Shown here piece after piece: positions 30,377-41,023 of a stretch of 64,000 bases of DNA (position 1 is the stretch's first letter; each line of letters begins with the position of its first letter). A model generated the notes under the pieces. It saw only the letters and a program-made list of their open reading frames with translations, searched no databases and was not told the origin of the DNA. The translations under genes and the position numbers were made by a program. The DNA is from a bacterium. GTDB taxonomy: Bacteria > Zhuqueibacterota > QNDG01. The stretch covers positions 265 to 64,264 of the forward strand of contig JAGGVB010000195.1 of assembly GCA_021158245.1 (NCBI GenBank). The letters run 5' to 3'.

Positions 30377-30926
30377 CAGATGCCTTAAAATAGAAGGGCT
30401 CATTGAGCGTTTTTTTGACGGAGAAACCACAAGAAAAGAAAATCGTGAAATTCAGAGGCATATTAAGGTTTGTGAGAACTGCAGAAAACTTGTTTATCAA
30501 AATCAGGATATAACTGATTTCTTTACAAATCTTCCCGAATTAGAATGCCCTGAAACGGTTTTGGATACAATAAATAATTTCGCTCAAGTTGAAAGAGTTC
30601 CAAAAAGAAAAAAAATAATTGATCTGCATACTTTGTTCAACTGGAAAAGTGCAGTAGTGGGAATCGCTTTTTCAACAGCCATTATTTTTCTTATTGTCAG
30701 GCCTTATTCAAATCAGATGCCTGCAGACAGGCCATATCCTGTGTATAAACAGAAAGATATTGAGAAGGCTAAAATAGAAGCGTTGTGGAGTTTAGGATTT
30801 ATAGGAAATAAAATGAGAAAAAGCGAAATAAAAGCTGTGAAGGAAGTTTTTTATAAGAGTCTCCCTGAAACGATAAAAAAGAGTTTAGAACAATCTGTTC
30901 CAATACTCTTCGGAGGTAAAAAATGA
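30369..30926 (+). CDS. Zinc-binding (ZAS/zf-HC2) anti-sigma factor
   Basis: HIKVCENC (HxxxCxxC), single TM segment, overlaps the sigma gene. Confidence 0.85.
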   Translation: MNDRCLKIEGLIERFFDGETTRKENREIQRHIKVCENCRKLVYQNQDITDFFTNLPELECPETVLDTINNFAQVERVPKRKKIIDLHTLFNWKSAVVGIAFSTAIIFLIVRPYSNQMPADRPYPVYKQKDIEKAKIEALWSLGFIGNKMRKSEIKAVKEVFYKSLPETIKKSLEQSVPILFGGKK

Positions 30927-31480
30927 AAAGGACTGTATTTTTAACCGGACTATTAAGTGTGATATTTATAGTAACCGGATTATTTGCTCAGGATACTGAT
31001 ATAACAAGATTGCCCGGATACATTAATTTGGAAAAGATCAAGATTCCAAAATCGGCATCGGAAATTACTGATATTTCTATCGGCCCCGGTTTGTTAAAAT
31101 TACTTTCCGGTACAAGTTCGGATTCAAGTATGAAAAAAGGGATTTCCGGAATTATGTCAATAAGGGTGAAATCTTTTGAGATAGATGATTCGGAAGCAGG
31201 TAAATTGTTAAAACAGCTTCAGGAAATTATCCGAAAAGTTGAAAAGGATAAATGGGAATCCATAGTCAAAGTTAAAAGCAAGGATGAATTTACAAACATC
31301 AGCGTTAAAATGAATTCGGGAAAACCTGTCGGGCTTTTAATTCTTTCTTACGAAGCCGGAGATAAGGTTACACTTGTTAATGTCTGCGGTAAAGGGATTG
31401 ACCTGAATGCAATAAAAAACATGGGCATGGACCTTGGCGGATATGAAGATAAGCTTGACAGCCTGGATATGAATTTTTAA
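30923..31480 (+). CDS. DUF4252-like exported protein
   Basis: Signal peptide; EITDISIGPGLLK, SIRVKSFE, WESIVKVKSKDE, VTLVNVCG; typical third gene of such ECF operons. Confidence 0.7.
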   Translation: MKRTVFLTGLLSVIFIVTGLFAQDTDITRLPGYINLEKIKIPKSASEITDISIGPGLLKLLSGTSSDSSMKKGISGIMSIRVKSFEIDDSEAGKLLKQLQEIIRKVEKDKWESIVKVKSKDEFTNISVKMNSGKPVGLLILSYEAGDKVTLVNVCGKGIDLNAIKNMGMDLGGYEDKLDSLDMNF

Positions 31481-31505
31481 AAAGTAGTTCGCACATAAAA
31501 TTGTA

Positions 31506-31540
31506 AAACCCTGACAGGGCTTCAAACCCTGCCAGGGCTT
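31506..31540. repeat. REP-like doublet
   Basis: AAACCCTGACAGGGCTT-C-AAACCCTGCCAGGGCTT: two tandem near-palindromic units between convergent genes. Confidence 0.7.
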
Positions 31541-31561
31541 TATTTTAATATAGATGTTAAA

Positions 31562-34178
31562 TCATTTTTTTCTGTCAAAAAATCCTATTGCTCCCGAAAG
31601 AATTATCATAGTTGTGAGGAAACACCTATGAATAATGCACTGCCCAAAGAAGCAAATCCGCGCCAGATTGAGAAAAACAGGGAACCGAATGCTATCATTG
31701 TTGTCAAAGTCGTGAGAAGTATGGCCTTTCCTGTGCTGGCAAATACAGTGTGAATTGAACCTTTGCCTTCAATACTGTAAACTGCATACCTGCAAGGTGC
31801 ATCAGGCCTACCATCCAGATAATTCCTACTGTCAGAGGAAGCATTGCAATTAAGGCATCTCTTACAGAGCGGAAATCAAGCAGCAGCAGAAGGAAAACAA
31901 CAAATACTGTCAAGTATAGTGCATTACGGCCGTCTCTGCCTATTACTTTCATCAGAGTCTGAAAAATAGGAGGCATTCCTGTAACCCGTTTGCTTATAGA
32001 TTTTATATCTTTCACAAAGTTATCCAGAAATACCCTATCTGTCCACATGTTGGAAGCCGGATAAATTGTAATAAGGAACAGAGATGTGTCATTGTTTGCG
32101 TAACGTTCAATAATCTGATCCGGCACCGGCAGGGTTTTAATTGTGATTTCATCAGTAGATGCCATATTGGCCACAGTCTTCTTGAAATAGTGGGCAAATA
32201 CCTGCTGGAATGAAGAAAGATTCCTTGCAGATTTATCAGGATTTTTTAAAATAAACTTGCTGAGATTTGCAATCCTGTTAACAGAAGAAGAATCATCAGG
32301 GCTTCCGGTAAGAAGTGCACATGCTTTATCAACTTTATCCTGTCCGCCAATGTATGCCATATCCTGAAGTTCCAGAACGTTCCAGTTAAGCCTCTCGATT
32401 TCATGGCTCAGGCTTCCAATTTCTGCTTTATTTAATTTTAAATGCACTGTGGAACTTAAAATAGTCTCTTTTATTTTTTTAATTAAAGGAGACCTGCTTT
32501 TCTGTTCTTTTTTTGATGGAATATATTGCGAGATATCTTCGACAAGAGCTACTGTTGGAAGGTTTCTGTATTTTTTAGCAAGCTCTTCACATTTTTCAGG
32601 TGTTTCTGCAAGTACAAGAGCGTAGTCCATTGTGAGATTGAATTTATCAATAACAGTATCCATAAGTGCAATTGACGTAAGCCCCTTAGGCTCCATATGG
32701 AGATAGTTCTGATCAAAAGTTATCTTTCCGGCGGAAAGAAGGAGCAGAATAGTTGCAGCTACTGCTCCGATCAAAGTAAACAGATATTTTTTGCTTAAAA
32801 ATATACTTGTAGCGCCGAGGCTTCTGAAAGTTATGTCCTGTTCTTTAATAATAGCGCCTTTTTTCTCCTTTTTTCTCTCTGATATAACCAGAAAAATCGG
32901 GAGTACCAGGAATGTTTCAACAAGCATGGCAATAAGGCCCAATCCGGTTACAAGCCCCATCTCCTTCATACCCTGGGAAGAACTTATCATCATTGTAAGA
33001 AAGGCAAAAGCAGTAGTAATGCCTCCGGTTATTATTCCCTTGCCGTTTTTATTAAATGTAATCTCAAGAGCTTCATTTATTGATTTACCCTGCCGCCTCC
33101 ATTCTGTAAATCCTGAAATTATGTGTATTGCAAAATCAATTCCCAATCCCACAAGAATGACAGACATCATCTGTGTCATGATGTTGAGTGTTCCAATGAG
33201 AATGCTTGTTAACCCCATTGCCCACAATATTCCGATGAACAGATTTATAACAGCATAGATAGGAGCAAGCCACATTCTGAATGATACCATCAGAATGATG
33301 AGAACGGCAATACCTGCAATAGCAGTTGTATAGTTAGCGCTTTTTTCCCGTAAACCATTTCATCTCTTGCGAGTGGTATTGTGCCTGTAAGCCCTGTATC
33401 AACTCCCGGAAATTTCTTTAAAGATAAATCAACAAGAGATTTAATATTGTCAGTTGCAGAAACAACTTTTTTAATATCAAGTGCAGAAAAGTTGGGTATG
33501 ACATTCAAAATTAATGCTTTTTTATCATAGGAAAGAAAATAGGGATCGCCTATGATAAGATTATCAGCCGTTGATTTTATTTGTGCGGAGGAGATGTGCT
33601 TCCCTGCAGTATTTTTTTCCAAATCCGAAATTAAATCATTGATTCCATAAAGAAAATGAACAGCATTATCTTCCTTTTCTCTTGAGGATATTGACTCTTC
33701 ATTTTCGCTGTATTCTTTTTCCATTGAGTCGTTAATGTGCCTGATCAGAGGCAGAAGATTGGGATTTGTGTAAATGGGCATAAAGTTTTTTAAACTTTTT
33801 TGTTTTATGAGCATAAGGCCGTGATGTTTTAAAAAGTTAGTGTCTGTCTTATAATCAACGCGTTTTACAAAAGAATATGTTTGTTTCCCTGTTGTATCTT
33901 TAAGTGCAAGAAGCCTGGGAGCGAGATAATCTCCAAATGCTTTTACGTTCCCTGAACTACAATTACAATGCTTGAGGCGGATTTGAACTCTTTTAATATT
34001 CGGCTATATTCAATAGTCTGAGGGTCTTTTGCAGGAAGAAGATTTGTCCACTGCATTGAAACTTTAAGCTGAGAGACAAATGCCATGAAAAAAAGTGTAA
34101 TAACAGCAGTAATGAAAATCATACGTTTTGTACCTAAAAATCTAAAATGAAATTTAATACAGAAAAAAGCTTACTCAT
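31562..34178 (-). pseudogene. MMPL/RND-family transporter pseudogene (at least four frame breaks)
   Basis: GLGIDFAIH and STGKAILLTTLTTMIAFGSL motifs in different frames; breaks near 33945, 33343, 31771 and 31620; 5' end uncertain (34122 or 34178). Confidence 0.8.
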
Positions 34179-34293
34179 CGTTATCAATTTTCGATAATTG
34201 TCATTTGTTCTTTGAAATATTGCCATCAAAAAGAGTGGAAAATGTCATTTCATACATCCACACGTTGTTTTATAAGGTTCTATGCGTACTTGT

Positions 34294-35045
34294 CCTGTTG
34301 GAGCGCTCGTTCTTGTATTTTTATTGAGATTTAATTGTATGGTAGCTGAATGTCAAACCTCCTCCATCTCTGTTTAAAGTAAAAGTGTTTGTACACCCTC
34401 AATTCATATTGTCGACCTGTTTTGATTAGTTTGGCAGGGACAAGTATGAACCAATTTCGAAATGTTGCATGCTCTTGTTTGAAAAACTTTTTGACTTTAT
34501 ATCGCATCATCACAGAGAGGTTATAGGCAAGTATATTCAAATTTATATGCGCCACGTTGTCCCAATTTTTTTAATCGGACGCTTATGACATCTTTATTGA
34601 ATTGTTTTTTTGATCCTAATATTGCCATGACTAATGGATCACCTGTAAAATGTGTGATTCCTTTAATACGATTAACCCCTGAAAGGGATGCCAGGATAAC
34701 AGACATGAGAACATGTGCATCCGTGAATTTGGTAGAATTGTAAATGTCTGTCGAGAAAACATCATTGAGTTTTGACCTAATCCAATGTTGTTAAAATACT
34801 TCATGATTGGTGACAAACCTGCATATTGTGTTAACATGGTACCAGTGAATGAATGTTTGATTTTTTTGCTTTTGAATTTTGATTTTTTTTGTTTATTTTT
34901 CTTTATCGGATAGGTGATCCTTTTTTTTATATTTGAAAGTGTCGTAACTTATTAAATATAATATCTTTGGGTCACTTATCCGATGATTCTATTTTAGATT
35001 TTTAGGTTATAATAAAAACGGAGTATTGATTGAGCGTTTAACAGG
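34294..35045 (-). mobile_element. Internally deleted IS1380-family element
   Basis: N-terminal FTGTMLTQYAGL...GVNRIKGITHFTGDPLV joined directly to C-terminal ILAYNL...FRNWFILVPAKLIKTGRQ; imperfect ends CCTGTTGGAGCGCTC / GAGCGTTTAACAGG; no clear target duplication. Confidence 0.7.
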
Positions 35046-35182
35046 CCCTGAAGATAATATATCATTAATTTATTTTAAAAATAACAGACTTTGGGCTTAC
35101 GGAGAGGATTCACTCCTTTTTTATGCTTTTAATATTTAGTTTATTTATGAATTTAATTTATAAAATTTATAATATCATTAAG

Positions 35183-35400
35183 CTACCGCATACAATTACA
35201 CAGAATGCCGGGATGGTATTATCTAATTTTGGGGAAATTATAGAAACAGAACGAATCGTTTGAGATTCGCAACGAGATGAATATGTTATGATGCCCAATC
35301 ATATCCATGCCATAATTGTATTGAAAAAAACAATTGATGGAATGGGTGACGGTTCGCACGTAGAGACGTACGGCCGTGTGTCTCTACGTGCGATCTACAT
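35183..35400 (+). pseudogene. REP-associated tyrosine transposase (RAYT, HUH) remnant
   Basis: YRIQ.HRMPGW.Y, FGEIIETE, SFEIRNE and MPNHIHAII fragments, plus the VETYGRVSL palindrome-encoded segment. Confidence 0.7.
35355..35392. repeat. REP-type palindrome inside the RAYT remnant
   Basis: CGCACGTAGAGAC-GTACGGCCGTGT-GTCTCTACGTGCG, perfect 13-bp arms. Confidence 0.8.
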
Positions 35401-35420
35401 ATTTTCACATTTGTGTCTCC

Positions 35421-35449
35421 TTGATTTTAACCGTAAATTTTACTATATT
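35421..35449 (+). promoter_or_regulatory. Candidate sigma70 promoter for the spoIID-like/prfB/lysS/lol operon
   Basis: TTGATT-17 bp-TATATT. Confidence 0.45.
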
Positions 35450-35508
35450 ATCCGGATTATAGTAAAAGGGGCAGTAATCCAAGGAAAATAAATATTTATC
35501 AAGGGTCT

Positions 35509-37092
35509 ATGGAACAGAGAATATTTAAAAAATATCAAAAAGAGCCTGTTGTTAAAATAAAGGTTGCTCAATTTGGAGATTCAATTGATTTCGATGTAAC
35601 AGGCAAATTTTCCGCAATTGATGATTTCGGGAATGTAATTCTCGACAGTGTTGATTCATCCGCAGGATGGAGGCTAAAGAAGTTTTCATACGAGCCTGCT
35701 ACGTTTGTATTTTCAATTCTTGTATATAAAAGCAAAAATAAAAAGCAGGTTGAGAAAGTATCGGAAGAGCTGCGTATTAAAAATATAGAAACCCAGATCG
35801 ATATCAGGGGCGGTTTGATTACTTTGAATGATAAAGTCATTACTGACAATACACATTATTTTCTTGTAACAGGTACATTTAATTCTTTAAAGGAAGCAAA
35901 GGATTTTCAGAGAGCATATCTCTATAATTTCAACACAGATATCGTAATGGAGAAGATACGCGAGGCGCGGTCTGTAATGGAAATTTTTGATATTGAATAT
36001 CATCATTCGGCAAAATTTATAAATTCCATAAGAATTATTCAGGCAAATAAGAGTGGTGAAATTGTTTTAAAGGGTGTAAAGGTCGGAGAAGGCCATAAAT
36101 GGTCTTTCAGGATGGATAAGATATGTCACGATCCGGTAGTGTTCAGAAACGATAATAACGGTAAATTAATAGCAGTTTCTGAAATAGGCCTGGAAAAGTA
36201 TCTTCGCGGGGTTGTCCCTATGGAGATGCGGCAGGACGCACCTGAAGAAGCATTGAAAAGTCAGGCTGTAGCTTCGAGAGGATATGCAATATCTATGATA
36301 GGTATTGCCCATAACAGGGACTATTTTGATCTCTGCAGTGAACCGCACTGTCAAATTTTCGGAGGAGCCGGACAATGGGATAAAAGAGCTGACAAGGCCA
36401 TAAAAGAAACAGCAGGAGAAGTACTGTATTCAGGATCAAAATTATGTGATTCTTTTTTTACACCGGTTTGCGGCGGTTTTACAAATGACGGAACTTTTAA
36501 AGAGCTTTTTATTCACAATACAAAACTTAAGGGAGAACTTGATACTGTAAATGCACAAAGTAAAGTGTCAGGCCTTGAGCATGAAAGAGATATTTTAGAT
36601 TGGGTAAGTACAGAACCGGATGTTTTTTGTAAAAATGGCAATCAGCAGGGAGAAAAAGTAAGGGTGAATCACGAAGGTAATACCTTCCGCTGGTCAGTTT
36701 CGCTTGACAGGCGTGATATAGAAAAGTCAGTCAGGCGTTTTACGGGGCTTGATACAGGGACTATTTATGATATAATTCCAGTGAAGAGGAACAAATCAGG
36801 ACATGTGTATGTGATTGAGATTATAGGCAGCAGGAAAAATATTATTATGAGCGGTTATAACAAAATATGCAGAATTTTTTCCCGTTCAGGACTGGAAAGC
36901 ACATGCTTTTATGTGGAGAGGGTTCAAGTCTCCAATGGTATTCCGGGTTCTTTTGTTTTTACAGGTGCAGGCGAAGGAGAGGGGATAGGTATGTGCCAGT
37001 CTGGCGCAGTTGAAATGGCCTTACAAGGGCATAATTATAGAGAGATTTTAAAACACTATTTTGGTACGGATACTATAAAAAAATTATATTAA
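35509..37092 (+). CDS. SpoIID/LytB-domain protein with N-terminal SPOR-like region
   Basis: LEKYLRGVVPMEM, EALKSQAVASRGYA, FDLCSEPHCQIFGG, GAGEGEGIGMCQSGA..MA..G.NYREILKHYF. Confidence 0.88.
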   Translation: MEQRIFKKYQKEPVVKIKVAQFGDSIDFDVTGKFSAIDDFGNVILDSVDSSAGWRLKKFSYEPATFVFSILVYKSKNKKQVEKVSEELRIKNIETQIDIRGGLITLNDKVITDNTHYFLVTGTFNSLKEAKDFQRAYLYNFNTDIVMEKIREARSVMEIFDIEYHHSAKFINSIRIIQANKSGEIVLKGVKVGEGHKWSFRMDKICHDPVVFRNDNNGKLIAVSEIGLEKYLRGVVPMEMRQDAPEEALKSQAVASRGYAISMIGIAHNRDYFDLCSEPHCQIFGGAGQWDKRADKAIKETAGEVLYSGSKLCDSFFTPVCGGFTNDGTFKELFIHNTKLKGELDTVNAQSKVSGLEHERDILDWVSTEPDVFCKNGNQQGEKVRVNHEGNTFRWSVSLDRRDIEKSVRRFTGLDTGTIYDIIPVKRNKSGHVYVIEIIGSRKNIIMSGYNKICRIFSRSGLESTCFYVERVQVSNGIPGSFVFTGAGEGEGIGMCQSGAVEMALQGHNYREILKHYFGTDTIKKLY

Positions 37093-37150
37093 CCGTGAAT
37101 TTGAATAACTGGAATAGTGCTTCATTTTGTTTATTTGTTGAGGAGTTTTA

Positions 37151-38246
37151 ATGTACGATGATTTATTAAATAAGATGAAACCTGTTAAGGAGCGGCTTGA
37201 TCAACTTCGGGGGCATCTTTAACTTAGATGATAAAATAAAGAGAATTAATGAATTAGAGCAAGAGAGCTCTGTTGCTGATTTCTGGAACAAGCAGGAAAA
37301 TGCGCAGAATGTATTAAAAGAGTTAAATGAACTGAAAGAGTGGGCTGACAGCTGGAATAAACTGAATGATAAATATGATGAGATGATGCTTTTGCTGGAA
37401 CTTGCAAAAGATGAAAAAGATGATGATACATTCAGCGAAGTTGCACAGGAGATTGACCAGATTGAGGATAATATAGAGCGGCTTGAACTAAGCCAGATGC
37501 TGAGCGGGCCCAATGACTCAAATAATGCAATTATCACAATTCATCCCGGAGCAGGCGGTACAGAATCTCAGGATTGGGCGGAAATGCTTTTCCGCATGTA
37601 CATACGTTTTTGTGAAAGAAGCGGTTATAATGTATCAATAATGGATTTGCAGACTGGAGATGAAGCTGGCATTAAAAGCGCTACTCTTGAAGTTGCAGGA
37701 AAGAACAGTTTCGGATATCTAAAAGCAGAAGCCGGAGTTCACAGGCTTGTGAGGATTTCCCCATTTGATGCCAATAAAAGACGGCATACTTCATTTGCAT
37801 CTGTTTTTGTTTATCCGGAAGTTGCCAATGAAATTGAGATTGACATTAAACCTGCTGATTTAAGAATTGATACTTACAGAGCATCCGGAGCAGGCGGACA
37901 GCATGTTAATAAAACAAGTTCTGCCGTACGGATTACACATCTGCCGACAAATATCGTGGTGCAGTGCCAGAATGAGCGTTCCCAGTTTCAGAATAAAGCA
38001 AATGCAATGAAGATTTTAAAAGCCAGGCTTTATCAGCAGCGGCTGGAAGAAGAGAATAAAAAACTTAAGGAAATTGAGAAAAACAAAAAGGATATTGCCT
38101 GGGGCAGCCAGATACGGTCTTATGTTTTTCATCCTTATACAATGGTTAAAGACCACAGAACAGGAGTGGAAACTTCAAATATTCAGCAGGTAATGGACGG
38201 AGACCTTGAGGCATTTGTCAGAGAATATCTGCTTCAGTTCAGTTAA
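37151..38246 (+). CDS. prfB: Peptide chain release factor 2, with +1 programmed frameshift
   Basis: AGGAG RBS, ATG 37151, 23 codons to CTT TAA C (37217-37223) with internal SD CGGGGG 3 nt upstream; SPF and GGQ motifs in the +1 frame. Confidence 0.95.
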
Positions 38247-38270
38247 AAGAATCAGGAAAGGAGAGTAGTA

Positions 38271-39779
38271 TTGAATCCTCTCAGTTTGCTCAGAAATCAG
38301 AGACTGCAGAAATTAGAAAATCTTCGGGAACAGGGAGTTCTGCCCTATGAATATTCCTATAACCGTACACATACAGCAGAAGAAATTGTTTCTAAATATA
38401 CTGAAGGAATGGATGCATCTGCTGCAGGAAGGATAATGTCATTAAGAAGAATGGGCAAGGCGAGTTTTGCCCATATTATGGATGCATCTGGAAGAGTGCA
38501 GATCTATGTAAAGCAGGATAATGTAGGTGAAGACGGATATAAAATTTTTAAAAATCTTGACCTCGGAGATATTATAGGGGTTAAAGGCCAGGTTTTTAAA
38601 ACCCGTACAGGAGAGATAACACTTCTTGTAAAAGAGCTTAAACTTCTCGCAAAAACATTGAGGCCCCTGCCAATTGTAAAAGAGCAGATAAAAGGTGATG
38701 AAAAAGTAGTATACGATGCTTTTGCAGATAAAGAATTGAGATACAGACAGCGCTATGTTGACCTTATTGTCAATTCCGATGTGGTAAAAGTTTTTAAAGC
38801 ACGTTCAAGAATTGTATCAGAGATGAGGCATTATCTTGAAGAGAGAGGTTATCTTGAAGTTGAAACACCTGTTCTTCAGCCTATATACGGCGGCGCAAAT
38901 GCAAGGCCTTTTGTGACTCATCATAATACACTTGATATGACATTTTATCTGAGAATTGCAGATGAGCTCTATCTCAAGCGTCTGATAGTAGGCGGGTTTG
39001 AGGGCGTTTTCGAGATTTCCAAAGATTTTAGAAACGAAGGCATGGACAGAGATCATAATCCCGAATTTACCATGATGGAACTCTATGTTGCTTATGAAGA
39101 TTATGAATTCATGATGGATCTTGTAGAAGATATGGTGTCTAAAATAAGCACGAAAGTTTTCGGAAGAGATGTTGTAGAAGTGGAGGGCACAAAGATAAAT
39201 CTTAAACCGCCATGGAAACGGATGACTTATTTTGGAGCAATAAAAGAGTATACCGGTTATGACCTTTTTGGAAAAGATATTGAAGAAATTTATAATATAG
39301 CAGAAAAATTAAAAGTTGAAGTTGAAAAAGGTGCTGATAAAGGGAAAATTTATGATGAAATATTCTCTGTGTTTGTAGAACCGAAACTTATTGAACCGAC
39401 AATAATTAAAGATTTTCCTTTGGAAATTTCACCTCTTGCAAAAAAACACAGATCTCTCGAAGGCCTGACCGAAAGGTTTGAAGCATTTGTTCTTGGTAAA
39501 GAACTGTGTAACTCGTTCAGTGAGCTTAATGACCCCATTGACCAGAGAGAAAGGTTTGAAGCTCAAAGCAAACTTAAGGCCGAAGGAGACGAAGAAGCAA
39601 TGGTAATTGATGACGACTATATACGTGCACTTGAGTACGGTATGCCTCCGACAGCAGGACTGGGTATTGGTATTGACAGGCTGGTTATGCTCCTTTCCGG
39701 AGAGCCTTCTATCCGTGATGTGATTCTGTTCCCTCAGATGAGGCCTGAGAATGTTAAATCTACAGAAGGGCAGGAGTAA
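38271..39779 (+). CDS. lysS: Lysyl-tRNA synthetase (class II)
   Basis: [51 protein letters not shown]; TTG start. Confidence 0.97.
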   Translation: MNPLSLLRNQRLQKLENLREQGVLPYEYSYNRTHTAEEIVSKYTEGMDASAAGRIMSLRRMGKASFAHIMDASGRVQIYVKQDNVGEDGYKIFKNLDLGDIIGVKGQVFKTRTGEITLLVKELKLLAKTLRPLPIVKEQIKGDEKVVYDAFADKELRYRQRYVDLIVNSDVVKVFKARSRIVSEMRHYLEERGYLEVETPVLQPIYGGANARPFVTHHNTLDMTFYLRIADELYLKRLIVGGFEGVFEISKDFRNEGMDRDHNPEFTMMELYVAYEDYEFMMDLVEDMVSKISTKVFGRDVVEVEGTKINLKPPWKRMTYFGAIKEYTGYDLFGKDIEEIYNIAEKLKVEVEKGADKGKIYDEIFSVFVEPKLIEPTIIKDFPLEISPLAKKHRSLEGLTERFEAFVLGKELCNSFSELNDPIDQRERFEAQSKLKAEGDEEAMVIDDDYIRALEYGMPPTAGLGIGIDRLVMLLSGEPSIRDVILFPQMRPENVKSTEGQE

Positions 39780-39781
39780 AA

Positions 39782-41023
39782 GTGAAAAATGCCTACGAAT
39801 TTTTTGTTGCAAGGCGTTACCTTAAAGCAAGAAGAAAAAGAGGTTTCATCAATATCATAACGTACATTACTATACTCGGTGTAACGATTGGAGTTGCCGC
39901 GCTTATAATTGTACTTTCTGTGATGAACGGATTTGAGCAGGAAGTCAGATCCCGTATAGTGGGTTTTGACGGCCACATAAAACTTCGTACATTCCATTTT
40001 AAAGGTATGGCTGACAGTGATTCTGTCATGAAGAAAATAGCGGATATTTCCGATATAAATGGAATGTCGCCCTATATAGATGATAAAGGAATTTTACGGA
40101 GCGGCGACGGCAGTGACGGGGTTATGGTCCGGGGAGTTGATCCTGAGACATTCGGGAAGGTATCTGAGATTCCGAAAAATATTGTATATGGCGAGATGAA
40201 TCTTAATATGGCTGAAACGAGAGAAGGGCAGAAACTTCCGGGAATAATCATCGGAAGATGGATCGCTGACAGGCTGATGGTTGATATTGGTGACAGAGTG
40301 ATTCTAATCAGCCTTAAAGGCGTGGGCTCAATGTTTCAGGCACCGCCGATTAAACAGTTCGTTGTTACAGGTTTTTTTGAGACAGGAATGTACGAGTTTG
40401 ATAACACATTCGTATATATATCACTTAAATCGGCACAAAAGCTATTTATGATGGGAGATAAGGTTTCAGGTATTGAAATACACCTTGATAACCTGTACCG
40501 TGCAGACAAGGTGGTTAAAGAGATTGAGAACCGCCTGGGATTTCCATATTATCCTCAGACCTGGTATGAGATGCGGAAAACACTGTTTTCATGGATGCAG
40601 CTTGAAAAATATGCTGCGTTTCTGATTCTCTGCCTTATAATACTTGTTGCTGCTTTCAACATTATAAGCACTCTTATAATGGTTGTTATGGAGAAAACAA
40701 GGGAGATCGGCATTCTTAAATCTATGGGTTCATCGTCAAAAAGTATAACGCGTATTTTTCTGTATCAGGGTTTGATTGTAGGTATGATAGGAACCCTGAC
40801 AGGAAGTATTATTGGATACGGATTATGCTGGATTCAGCAGAAATACGAACTGTTTCACCTGCCCGGTGATGTATACATAATTTCAGTACTGCCTGTAAAA
40901 ATGCAGTTTACGGATTTTATTTCAATTGCTTCTGCAGCAGTATTAATCTGCCTTGCAGCAGCGCTTTATCCGGCCAGAAGGGCATCACAGCTTGCGCCTG
41001 TTGATGCTATAAGATATGAATAG
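39782..41023 (+). CDS. lolE: Lipoprotein-releasing ABC transporter permease (LolC/E family)
   Basis: IGVAALIIVLSVMNGFE, FNIISTLIMVVMEKTREIGILKSMG, YPARRASQLAPVDAIRYE. Confidence 0.93.
   Translation: MKNAYEFFVARRYLKARRKRGFINIITYITILGVTIGVAALIIVLSVMNGFEQEVRSRIVGFDGHIKLRTFHFKGMADSDSVMKKIADISDINGMSPYIDDKGILRSGDGSDGVMVRGVDPETFGKVSEIPKNIVYGEMNLNMAETREGQKLPGIIIGRWIADRLMVDIGDRVILISLKGVGSMFQAPPIKQFVVTGFFETGMYEFDNTFVYISLKSAQKLFMMGDKVSGIEIHLDNLYRADKVVKEIENRLGFPYYPQTWYEMRKTLFSWMQLEKYAAFLILCLIILVAAFNIISTLIMVVMEKTREIGILKSMGSSSKSITRIFLYQGLIVGMIGTLTGSIIGYGLCWIQQKYELFHLPGDVYIISVLPVKMQFTDFISIASAAVLICLAAALYPARRASQLAPVDAIRYE

Noticed and set aside
21278-35400. Genomic island integrated at tRNA-Pro
   Set aside because: No second copy of the tRNA 3' end (att) and no integrase seen by eye in the window
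35288-35491. 67-aa ORF as a standalone gene
   Set aside because: It is the HUH-containing fragment of the RAYT remnant running into non-coding DNA
37197-38246. 349-aa ORF-track start for RF2
   Set aside because: The true start is ATG 37151 in another frame, joined by the programmed frameshift
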